A stretch of DNA of 15,222 nt from Thermostichus sp. DRC_bins_24 (GTDB lineage: Bacteria; Cyanobacteriota; Cyanobacteriia; Thermostichales; Thermostichaceae). Under the pieces are notes generated by a model. It made no database searches and was not told the origin of the DNA. It saw nothing but the letters and a program-made list of their open reading frames with translations. A program made the translations under genes and the position numbers. The stretch spans positions 1 through 15,222 of the forward strand of contig JAUQVK010000049.1 of assembly GCA_039794845.1 (NCBI GenBank), read 5' to 3'. This document shows, in pieces, positions 1-8,085 of this stretch (positions are counted from its first letter, which is position 1; each line of letters starts with the position of its first letter).

Positions 1-515
1 ACCGACAGCCCAATCGATGGAAGGTTCTTGGCCCCGTTAAAAGCCCCATCCCCCTGCCAACCCCAATGCCCACACCCAAACCGCTTACCCCTCCGATAGA
101 CCGAATTGACCGCAACAACCTTCACATCCGCCCCCAAAGCCTTGTACTCAATGAACCCCCTCAACCGGTGGAACCCCCAACTGTTACTGCGCCTACGCTC
201 GTTTGGTTGCGAGGCTGTTGGTTGGTTCTTTCCCGAAGCCCCGTTAAATCTTCCAGAGCAATGCCGGCAGACGGAGACTTAGCAGTTTCAACAATGCGTC
301 TTGAAACAGTGTCATTCACCCCACTTTGGAATCGGCGCTCACGACCGGATAACCGTTGCAGCAATCCACCCACTCGGCGGCGTGTACTGCGTGTGCCCTT
401 ACTGGCTTTGTGCTGGAGCTTGACTCTTAAGTTGGCCAAGTGGTCACGCACCTGGGTTATGGCTTGCCCATTCCGGTGCCGTCCCTCCGAAGTGTGGGCA
501 ATATCGGAACGCCAA
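1..515 (-). pseudogene. tnpB: Degraded IS200/IS605-family TnpB (RNA-guided nuclease) remnant, C-terminal half only
   Basis: Minus strand reads RSDIAHTSEG...LQHKASKGTRSTRRR...LSGRERRFQ...IALEDLTGLRERTNQQPRNQ. After a frameshift near 200 it continues ERRRSNSWGFHRLRGFIEYKA...VVAVNSVY-RRGKRFGCGHWGWQGDGAFNGAKNL. These are typical TnpB RuvC-II/RuvC-III blocks. The N-terminal half is missing, the first half of the Zn finger (TSQTC..C) is deleted and the RuvC-III Asp is lost. Runs off the left edge. Confidence 0.88.
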
Positions 516-580
516 CATGCTACGCATGGAGCGCGGGGCTCCTGCGAGTCAAGTTGAAGGATCTCGTTGGCCCTTCATCA
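516..580 (-). mobile_element. Possible truncated IS200/IS605 right-end-like structured DNA
   Basis: Minus strand GGAGCCCCGCGCTC-CATGC-GTA-GCATG resembles the GAAGCCC..hairpin motif of cyanobacterial IS605-type right ends. A second stem TGAAGG...CCTTCA lies at about 555-577. Confidence 0.35.
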
Positions 581-693
581 AGCCGCACCGCCCGAAGGGA
601 TCCCCGGCCGCAACCGAGCAACCCTACCCCCAAAGGGATAAGGCCGCTCCTTGAAACATCAAAAATCTCAATCTAACCAGAACAGGCCCAAAA

Positions 694-1893
694 TTAGCGG
701 ATATATTCCTTCAACACGCTGTTGCGATTGGGGTGACGCAGCTTGCGCAAAGCCTTAGCCTCGATCTGCCGGATGCGTTCGCGGGTGACATTAAAAATTT
801 GGCCGATCTCCTCCAGGGTTTTCATGCGGCCATCATCCAGGCCGTAGCGCAACTTCAACACATCTCGTTCGCGGGAGGTGAGGGTTTCCAAAACACTTTC
901 CAGGTCTTCTCGCAACAGCACCTTGGCCACCCGATCCTCCGGGGTTTCCCCATCCGATTCAATGAAGTCTCCCAGACGGGAATCTTCTTCCTTACCAATG
1001 GGAGTTTCTAGGGATATGGGCAACTGGGCCGACTTGGCGATAAACCGCAGCTTCTCGATGGTGATCTCCATGCGAGTGGCGATTTCTTCTTCGGTGGGTT
1101 TGCGGCCCAGCTCCTGGGAGAGTAGTTTGGTGACCTTCTTGATGCGAGAGATGGTCTCGTAGAGGTGGACAGGCAGACGAATGGTGCGGGATTGATCGGC
1201 GATGGCGCGGGTGATAGCCTGCCGGATCCACCAGGTGGCGTAGGTGGAAAACTTGTAGCCCTTCTCATGGTCGAATTTTTCTGCGGCTCGAATCAACCCC
1301 AGGGATCCCTCCTGAATCAGATCCTGAAAAGACAACCCTCGGTTCATGTATTTCTTGGCGATGGAAACCACCAAGCGTAGGTTGGACTGCACCATCTTTT
1401 CTTTGGCCCGCCGCCCCCGATGCAACCGCCGCCGAAACTCCGGCAACGCCATCTTCACTTCTTCGGCCCAGAGGGTATCCGGCACCTCTTCCGGATCCTC
1501 CCACAGGCCCATGCGGTCGAAAATCGCCTCGCGGATCCGTTCTAGCTCCAGCAGATCGGCAATTTTCCGGGCCAGCTCAATTTCTTCATCAGCCCGCAAC
1601 AGTCGAATGCGCCCTATCTCTTGCAAATAGACGCGGATTGAGTCATCGGTATAGTGCTTTTTCTTGCTGGCCGCTTTCCGCCTCGGGCGTCCCTTGACAC
1701 CCACAGCAGCCTCCCCATCCTCCTCCAGAGCCTCTTCCTCCTCCTCAAAAGCATCAGTGTCACTGGCATCCAGATCGAGCTCGATCGTATCCCCCCCATT
1801 GTCTTGATCCAGAGGGATAGAAGATCGACTTTCCAGAGTCGGTTCAAGAAGAGCCGCTTTACCAGACTTCACCAATTCCTTTGCTTGAGTCAT
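694..1893 (-). CDS. sigA: Group 1 (primary) RNA polymerase sigma-70 factor SigA/RpoD
   Basis: Acidic N-terminus; region 1.2 [16 protein letters not shown]; region 2 [27 protein letters not shown]...[30 protein letters not shown]; region 4 [30 protein letters not shown]. Cyanobacterial SigA type. Confidence 0.97.
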   Translation of the reverse strand: MTQAKELVKSGKAALLEPTLESRSSIPLDQDNGGDTIELDLDASDTDAFEEEEEALEEDGEAAVGVKGRPRRKAASKKKHYTDDSIRVYLQEIGRIRLLRADEEIELARKIADLLELERIREAIFDRMGLWEDPEEVPDTLWAEEVKMALPEFRRRLHRGRRAKEKMVQSNLRLVVSIAKKYMNRGLSFQDLIQEGSLGLIRAAEKFDHEKGYKFSTYATWWIRQAITRAIADQSRTIRLPVHLYETISRIKKVTKLLSQELGRKPTEEEIATRMEITIEKLRFIAKSAQLPISLETPIGKEEDSRLGDFIESDGETPEDRVAKVLLREDLESVLETLTSRERDVLKLRYGLDDGRMKTLEEIGQIFNVTRERIRQIEAKALRKLRHPNRNSVLKEYIR

Positions 1894-2530
1894 GCTGAGT
1901 TCCTCGTGATCCTGATCACAGACAACTGGAGGCGACTAAGAAATTCTAGACGCCAAAGGGAGATGAGCGAGTTCCGCCCCTACCGCAGCCCACAACGCCA
2001 GACTGAGAGAGCCAAGATCCGCAGACAAAAACTTCACTTGCGTTGCGCAAGTTTGTCCGCCTCTGAACAGCCGATCGCTCGGGTCAACCTCGAAGCAGAT
2101 GTCGCTCATAGGGTTCAATGGATTAGTGCAAAACTCGTTTTGAAAGACAGTACCTTTTGGAACGCCAACAGGACGGAACGTTCTCTTCGCCCATCCTCCG
2201 ACGCAGTGCAGGGTACTTCACTACGAGGGCAGGACATTCAGCACCTCAACAACTCGAGCAAGCAAGGGGAAAATTCCCCAACAGCAACCGGCAAATAGCT
2301 TTGAGTGAGGCCTCTGCAGGTAACTGTAGCCGTTCACACCAAAACGCCCTTCCTAAGGTAGCCCGCCCTTTGGCAAACAGCAACGGGTTAAATAAAGAAA
2401 ACATTAACTCACCGAATGATTCCCAAGGATCGGGATCCCAGCAAAGGGGAGCGCTCTGCTAGCGTAGCCCAGACAAATGGCCGAATGCTAACCTAAGTCA
2501 GGCTTTCACCCGGTTTGGAAATCAACTCCT
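1894..2530. promoter_or_regulatory. Divergent promoter region for sigA and metH (637 bp)
   Basis: Non-coding gap between head-to-head genes, with an AT-rich patch around 2388-2410 and a small hairpin GGGGAA-AA-TTCCCC at about 2266-2279. Individual promoters not assigned. Confidence 0.55.
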
Positions 2531-5500
2531 ATGACGCATCCCTTCCTGCGGCGGCTCCAGGAACATGTGATTGTCTTCGATGGGGCGATGGGATCCTCTC
2601 TGCAGGCCCAGAACCTGACGGCAGCAGATTTTGGGGGGCCGGAGCTAGAAGGCTGCAATGAGATGTTGGTGCTCACCAAGCCAGAGGCGGTGGAGAAGGT
2701 GCATCGCGGCTTTCTGGCGGTGGGGGCGGATGTGATCGAGACGGATACCTTCGGGGCCACCTCGATTGTCTTGGCGGAATATGGGATCTCGGAAAGGGCC
2801 TACGAACTGAACGTGGCGGCAGCTCGTTTGGCCAAGCAGGTGGCAGCAGAGTTTTCCACCCCCGATAAACCCCGCTTTGTGGCCGGATCCATCGGCCCCA
2901 CCACCAAATTACCCACCTTGGGGCACATCGGCTTTGACCAGATGCAGGCCAGCTTTGCCGAGCAGGTGCGAGGCTTGATGGATGGTGGCGCCGATCTGCT
3001 GATCATCGAGACCTGTCAGGATGTGCTGCAGACCAAAGCGGCCTTGGCCGCCGTGCAACAAGTCTTTGCAGAAAAGGGAGTGACAGAGAGGAATCGCCTG
3101 CCGGTGGTGGTGTCGCTCACCTTTGAGGTGCAGGGAACAATGCTGGTGGGCACCGAGATTGGAGCCGCCCTAACGATTTTGGAACCCTACCCGATCGATG
3201 TGCTGGGGCTGAACTGTGCCACCGGCCCCGACAAAATGACGGAACACATTCGCTATCTGTCCAAACATTCTCCTTTCCCCATTTCTTGCATCCCCAACGC
3301 CGGATTGCCGGAAAACATCGGTGGCCAAGCCCATTACAAACTCACCCCGGAGCAGTTGCGCTTTCATCTGCAGCATTTTGTTCAGGATCTGGGGGTGGCG
3401 GTGGTGGGGGGCTGTTGTGGCACTCGTCCAGATCACATTGCCGCTTTGGTGGAGGCGGTGCAGGGGCTACGGCCCAAACCCAGGATTATCGAACGGATCC
3501 CGGCGGCAGCCTCCATTTACAGCCCGCAGCCCTACCAGCAGGACAACTCCTTTTTGATCATTGGCGAACGGTTGAACGCCAGCGGCTCCAAAAAAATGCG
3601 GGATCTGCTTAACGCCGAAGACTGGGATGGCCTGGTGGCCCTGGCGCGGGAACAGGTGCGAGAGGGATCCCATCTGTTGGATGTGAACGTGGACTACGTG
3701 GGCCGCGACGGCGTGCGGGATATGCGCGAGTTGGTGTCGCGGTTGGTCACCCAGATCCAGATCCCCCTCATGCTCGACTCCACCGACTGGCAAAAAATGG
3801 AGGCGGGCCTCAAGGTGGCGGGGGGCAAGTGTTTGCTTAACTCCACCAACTACGAAGATGGGGAAGAACGGTTTTTGAAGGTGCTGGAACTGGCGAAACG
3901 CTACGGAGCCGGGGTGGTGGTGGGCACCATCGATGAGGAGGGCATGGCCCGTACTGCCGAGAAAAAGTTCCAGATTGCCGAGCGGGCGTACCATCAGGCC
4001 TTGGCCTTCGGGATCCCGCCCTACGAGATCTTTTTTGACCCCTTGGCGTTGCCCATTTCCACCGGCATTGAAGAAGACCGCGCCAACGGAGCCGCCACCA
4101 TCGAAGGGATCCGCCGCATCCACCAAGCCTTTCCCGAAGCCCACATCGTTTTGGGGGTCTCTAACGTCTCCTTTGGGTTATCCCCTGCCGCCCGCATGGT
4201 GTTGAACTCGGTGTTTTTGCACGAATGTCGGGAAGCGGGCATGGATGCTGCCATTGTCAGCGCCGCCAAGATCCTGCCCCTGAGCAAAATCCCCGTAGAT
4301 CAGCAGCAGGTGTGTCGGGATCTGATCTGGGATCGACGCCAGTTCAACGCTGAGGGCATTTGCACCTACGATCCTCTCGCCCGGCTGACGCAACAGTTTG
4401 AGGGCGTTTCTGGCAAAGATCTGCGCTCCGCGGGATCCCTGGCGGATTTGCCGCTGGAGGAACGGCTGCGACGGCACATCATCGATGGCGAACGGATCGG
4501 CCTAGAAGACACCTTGGCCGAGGCCCTCCAGAACTATCCCCCCCTGGAAATCATCAACACCTTCTTGCTGGATGGCATGAAGGAGGTGGGGGAACTGTTT
4601 GGATCCGGCAAGATGCAACTGCCCTTTGTCTTGCAGTCGGCAGAAACCATGAAAGCGGCGGTGAAATATCTGGAACCCTTCATGGAAAAGGTCGAAGGAG
4701 AGGGATCCAAAGGCACCTTTCTCATTGCCACCGTCAAGGGAGACGTCCACGATATCGGCAAAAACTTGGTGGATATCATCCTCACCAATAATGGCTACAA
4801 AGTCATCAATCTGGGTATCAAACAGCCGGTGGAAAACATTATCGAAGCCTATGAAAAATACCGGGCCGATTGCATTGCCATGAGCGGTCTGTTGGTGAAG
4901 TCCACCGCTTTTATGAAGGAAAACCTGGAGGTGTTTAACGAGCGGGGGATTACTGTCCCCGTCATTTTGGGAGGAGCGGCCCTCACCCGCCGCTTTGTGG
5001 AAGAAGACTGCCAAAACACCTACAAAGGCCGTGTCATTTATGGGCGAGATGCCTTTGCCGATTTGCATTTTATGGATCAGCTCATGCCCGCCAAAGCCGC
5101 CGGACAGTGGGATGATCACCTGGGCTTTTTGAATGGATCCCCGAATGGATCCCATAGCGACAGCCAAACCAATGGTCAGGTTGATTCGCAATCCTTGCAA
5201 TCTACAGAATCCGAAGCAGGGGTTCCCATCCAACCGGCCCCGGAAGTGACGGTTGGATCCACTCCCGAAGCCAGTTCAGCAGACCCTCAAGATACCCGCC
5301 GTTCCGAAGCCGTTACGCTGGAAACCGAGCGACCCCTTCCCCCCTTCTGGGGATCCAAAATCCTCAGGTCTGCCGAGATTCCCTGGTCGGAGGTGTTCTT
5401 TTACATCGACAAGCAAGCTTTGGTGGCTGGCCAATGGCAGATCCGCAAGCCCCGCGACCAATCCCCCGAAGAATTTGCCGAGTTCATGGCAACGCAGGTG

Positions 5501-6214
5501 GAGCCGGTGATCGAACGCTGGAAAGAACGGATCGTTGCTGAAGATATCCTGCACCCGGAGATCGTGTATGGCTATTTCCCGGCCCAAGCGGAAGGGAACA
5601 GCCTGATCCTTTTCGATCCGGCCAGTTTTTCGGAGCTATTCCAGTTGGATCCCGAGTCCACCACCTATTTTCAATTGCCCACCGCCGAACGGCCTCAACT
5701 CACCCCGCAAACCCAAGAGTTGGCTCGCTTCACCTTTCCCCGTCAAAAAACCGGCAACCGCTACTGTATTGCCGACTTTTTTGCGGATCGTTCCACCGGG
5801 TTGGTGGATGTGTTCCCCATGCAAGCGGTCACGGTCGGTGCCGCTGCCACCACCTATGCCCAGAACCTGTTTGCCAATAACCAATATACCGATTACCTCT
5901 ACTTCCACGGCATGGCGGTTACCCTAGCGGAAGCCTTGGCGGAATGGTGTCATGCCCGTATTCGGCGGGAGTTGGGATTTGCCCAGGAAGATAGCCCCGA
6001 TATCCGCAAGATTTTGCACCAAGGGTATCGTGGATCTCGTTATAGTTTTGGCTATCCCGCCTGTCCGCATATTCCCGACCAACGGGTTTTGTTGGATTTG
6101 CTCAAAGCCGAGCGCATTGGCCTTACCATGGACGAAAGCGATCAACTGGATCCCGAACAATCCACGACGGCCATCATCACCTACCACCCGGCTGCTCGGT
6201 ACTTTAGTGCGTGA
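2531..6214 (+). CDS. metH: Cobalamin-dependent methionine synthase
   Basis: Homocysteine-binding domain ([19 protein letters not shown]), pterin-binding domain ([13 protein letters not shown]), B12-binding motif [13 protein letters not shown]...SGLLVKS and activation domain ([10 protein letters not shown]). 1227 aa. Confidence 0.98.
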   Translation: MTHPFLRRLQEHVIVFDGAMGSSLQAQNLTAADFGGPELEGCNEMLVLTKPEAVEKVHRGFLAVGADVIETDTFGATSIVLAEYGISERAYELNVAAARLAKQVAAEFSTPDKPRFVAGSIGPTTKLPTLGHIGFDQMQASFAEQVRGLMDGGADLLIIETCQDVLQTKAALAAVQQVFAEKGVTERNRLPVVVSLTFEVQGTMLVGTEIGAALTILEPYPIDVLGLNCATGPDKMTEHIRYLSKHSPFPISCIPNAGLPENIGGQAHYKLTPEQLRFHLQHFVQDLGVAVVGGCCGTRPDHIAALVEAVQGLRPKPRIIERIPAAASIYSPQPYQQDNSFLIIGERLNASGSKKMRDLLNAEDWDGLVALAREQVREGSHLLDVNVDYVGRDGVRDMRELVSRLVTQIQIPLMLDSTDWQKMEAGLKVAGGKCLLNSTNYEDGEERFLKVLELAKRYGAGVVVGTIDEEGMARTAEKKFQIAERAYHQALAFGIPPYEIFFDPLALPISTGIEEDRANGAATIEGIRRIHQAFPEAHIVLGVSNVSFGLSPAARMVLNSVFLHECREAGMDAAIVSAAKILPLSKIPVDQQQVCRDLIWDRRQFNAEGICTYDPLARLTQQFEGVSGKDLRSAGSLADLPLEERLRRHIIDGERIGLEDTLAEALQNYPPLEIINTFLLDGMKEVGELFGSGKMQLPFVLQSAETMKAAVKYLEPFMEKVEGEGSKGTFLIATVKGDVHDIGKNLVDIILTNNGYKVINLGIKQPVENIIEAYEKYRADCIAMSGLLVKSTAFMKENLEVFNERGITVPVILGGAALTRRFVEEDCQNTYKGRVIYGRDAFADLHFMDQLMPAKAAGQWDDHLGFLNGSPNGSHSDSQTNGQVDSQSLQSTESEAGVPIQPAPEVTVGSTPEASSADPQDTRRSEAVTLETERPLPPFWGSKILRSAEIPWSEVFFYIDKQALVAGQWQIRKPRDQSPEEFAEFMATQVEPVIERWKERIVAEDILHPEIVYGYFPAQAEGNSLILFDPASFSELFQLDPESTTYFQLPTAERPQLTPQTQELARFTFPRQKTGNRYCIADFFADRSTGLVDVFPMQAVTVGAAATTYAQNLFANNQYTDYLYFHGMAVTLAEALAEWCHARIRRELGFAQEDSPDIRKILHQGYRGSRYSFGYPACPHIPDQRVLLDLLKAERIGLTMDESDQLDPEQSTTAIITYHPAARYFSA

Positions 6215-6227
6215 TCCCGTGTCCTGA

Positions 6228-6499
6228 ACGATCCCTTTTCCCATCGCCGACTTTGGCCCCGGACACATTCACATCGCGCAGCCAGGGGCGGGTCAGACTT
6301 TCGCCCAGGCCACCGGGCCCGTGATTTTTGTTTTGAATATGCTGCCGGATCCCGGTAATCGGTCGGGCAGATTTCAACTGGAAACCAGCCTAAGCTCAGA
6401 ACAAGTTGCCTCTTTCCTGGCCGGAGCCTACTACATCAACATCCATACCGAAGCCAACCTCCCGGTGAGTTGCGGGCCCAGGTGGTTTTCCCTACCTAA
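6228..6499 (+). pseudogene. CHRD-domain protein fragment (5'-truncated, frameshifted)
   Basis: Frame open from 6228: PIADFGPGHIHIAQPG...TGPVIFVL...LSSEQVASFLAGAYYINIHTEAN. Adding one C at about 6459 (aac cct ccc ggt) gives PPGELRAQVVFPT*, stop at 6497-6499. HIH...GP and Y.NIHT..NP.GE.R.Q are CHRD signatures. Confidence 0.75.
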
Positions 6500-6529
6500 A
6501 TCTTGCAGTTCAATCCTGTCGTCTTCACT

Positions 6530-6564
6530 GGGAATCCCCGTTTGTCGAGGGATCCCTATTTTTT
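6530..6564 (+). terminator. Putative intrinsic terminator built from GGGATCCC-like arms
   Basis: GGGAATCCCCG-TTTGT-CGAGGGATCCC followed by TATTTTTT, downstream of metH and the CHRD fragment. Confidence 0.5.
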
Positions 6565-6684
6565 GGCAGTGGGCGGATCGGATCCCGGAGAGATTGGCTA
6601 TTCTGTGAATGGTCCTGGCAAGTTCCCACATCCACGACAACCCCAACGTTGAAGGCAGAGTGTTAGAGCTAGGGAGAGGAACCG

Positions 6685-6822
6685 ATGGCTGACTACAACC
6701 GCGGCATCATGAAATTCAAGGGGGCAGATAGCCCAATCGTGATTTTGATCTCGGCAGTGATCGTGGCCGGTGTGGTCTCAGCCTTGATCTGGTGGGCTTT
6801 GCACTTCGCCTACGTCACTTGA
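6685..6822 (+). CDS. ndhQ: Photosynthetic complex I (NDH-1) small single-TM subunit NdhQ, 45 aa
   Basis: MADYNRGIMKFKGADSPIVILISAVIVAGVVSALIWWALHFAYVT*. NRGIMKF.GADSP plus a TM helix ending LIWWALH.AY matches cyanobacterial NdhQ as I recall it. RBS GGAGAGG at 6673-6679. Too short for the ORF track. Confidence 0.9.
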   Translation: MADYNRGIMKFKGADSPIVILISAVIVAGVVSALIWWALHFAYVT

Positions 6823-7967
6823 AATCTCAGCCAAGTTCTGCCCTAGAGCCTGAGCTTCCTCGGCTGGCTTGGAAGGAAGAGGTTTTGCGGCGCTTGCGGG
6901 AGTCTTTGCTGGGTTGGTACCGCGATCATGGGCGGGATCTGCCTTGGCGGCACACCCGGGATCCCTATGCCATTTGGGTTTCGGAGGTGATGTTGCAGCA
7001 GACCCAGGTGGCGACGGTGATCCCTTACTTTCAGCGTTGGATGCAGACATTGCCCGGGATCCCGGCTTTGGCAGCAGCCCCCCAACAGCAGGTGCTCAAG
7101 CTATGGGAGGGCTTGGGCTATTACCGACGGGCTTTGAACCTACACAAAGCGGCCCAGATTCTAATGCGGGAGCAGAATGGGCAGTTTCCCAAGCAGCTAG
7201 ACCGGGTTCTGGCCTTGCCGGGGATCGGGCGTACCACCGCCGGCGGCATCCTCAGCGCTGCCTTTGATGCACCTTTGCCGATTTTGGATGGCAATGTCAA
7301 GCGGGTGTTGGCTCGTCTGGTGGCTTTGCAGCAGCCCCCCGCCCAGTGTTTGCCCCTGCTGTGGGCCCTTTCGGAGCAAGTGTTGGATCCCGTGCAGCCG
7401 CGTGTCTTTAACCAAGCCCTGATGGATTTGGGCGCTACCGTATGCCGCCCCAAACAGCCTCGCTGTGGAGAATGTCCTTGGCAGACGGATTGCAGCGCCT
7501 ACAATCGAGGTCAACAGCAACAATTGCCTATGTCTGCGCCTCGTACCCCCCGTCCCCATAAACAAATCGCCGTTGCCGTCGTCCTGCGGGGGCAAGAAAT
7601 CCTCATCGATCGGCGGCTAGAGACCTCGATGCTGAGCGGGCTGTGGGAATTCCCCGGGGGAAAAATCGAGCCGGGAGAAACGGCTGCCGAGTGCGTGGTG
7701 CGGGAAGTGAAGGAAGAGATTGGCATTGACATCGAGGTGGTAACGGAGCTGGCCACCATCGAACACGCCTACACCCATTTCACCATTACCCTCATCGCCT
7801 TCATTTGCCGCTATTTGGGTGGAGAAGCCCAGGCACTGCAGTGTACCGAAGTGCGTTGGGTCAACCCGGCAGCGCTATCGGAGTTTCCCTTTCCGGGGGC
7901 CAATCAAAAGTTGTTTCCTTATTTACATGCTTGGTTGGCAAAACAGGGGGATCAATTGGAAACTTAA
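6819..7967 (+). CDS. mutY: A/G-specific adenine DNA glycosylase MutY with C-terminal MutT/Nudix domain
   Basis: WY..HGRDLPWR, SEVMLQQTQV, WEGLGYYRRA, HhH LPGIGRTTAG, LDGNVKRV, 4Fe-4S motif CRPKQPRCGECPWQTDC, and Nudix box GKIEPGETAAECVVREVKEEIGI. Start is uncertain: TTG at 6819 overlaps the ndhQ stop (TTGA), while the ORF track uses GTG 6792. Confidence 0.95.
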   Translation: MKSQPSSALEPELPRLAWKEEVLRRLRESLLGWYRDHGRDLPWRHTRDPYAIWVSEVMLQQTQVATVIPYFQRWMQTLPGIPALAAAPQQQVLKLWEGLGYYRRALNLHKAAQILMREQNGQFPKQLDRVLALPGIGRTTAGGILSAAFDAPLPILDGNVKRVLARLVALQQPPAQCLPLLWALSEQVLDPVQPRVFNQALMDLGATVCRPKQPRCGECPWQTDCSAYNRGQQQQLPMSAPRTPRPHKQIAVAVVLRGQEILIDRRLETSMLSGLWEFPGGKIEPGETAAECVVREVKEEIGIDIEVVTELATIEHAYTHFTITLIAFICRYLGGEAQALQCTEVRWVNPAALSEFPFPGANQKLFPYLHAWLAKQGDQLET

Positions 7968-8037
7968 GGGATACGGGATCCCGCTCTGGGAGAGGCATTA
8001 CCGGTTGCTGTTATACCAAAGTGTAATAAAGTAATGT

Positions 8038-8069
8038 AGTCAGTGTATTTTCCCAGCCAATAACTGACT
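8038..8069. promoter_or_regulatory. Inverted repeat upstream of the GGDEF/EAL gene
   Basis: AGTCAGT-G-TATT (8038-8049), 9-nt loop, AATA-ACTGACT (8059-8069), in an AT-rich intergenic patch. Confidence 0.35.
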
Positions 8070-8085
8070 GAGATTTCCTCTCTCT

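Noticed and set aside
66..676. Plus-strand ORFs of 163 aa and 78 aa
   Set aside because: Antisense shadows of the tnpB remnant and IS-like DNA, with no protein-like features.
1654..2462. ORFs of 214 aa (1654-2298) and 101 aa (2157-2462)
   Set aside because: The first overlaps sigA antisense. Both have Arg/Ser-rich, random-looking composition and no motif.
2240..2530. Possible cobalamin or SAM riboswitch ahead of metH
   Set aside because: Only a partial AAGTCAGG resemblance near 2495; the conserved B12-box and core elements are not evident.
3467..5233. Long minus-strand ORFs (225 aa, 243 aa) within metH
   Set aside because: Typical antisense frames of a GC-rich coding gene.
6321..6608. 95-aa ORF as an intact gene
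   Set aside because: The first half is a CHRD fragment; after the frameshift it reads through out-of-frame and terminator sequence.
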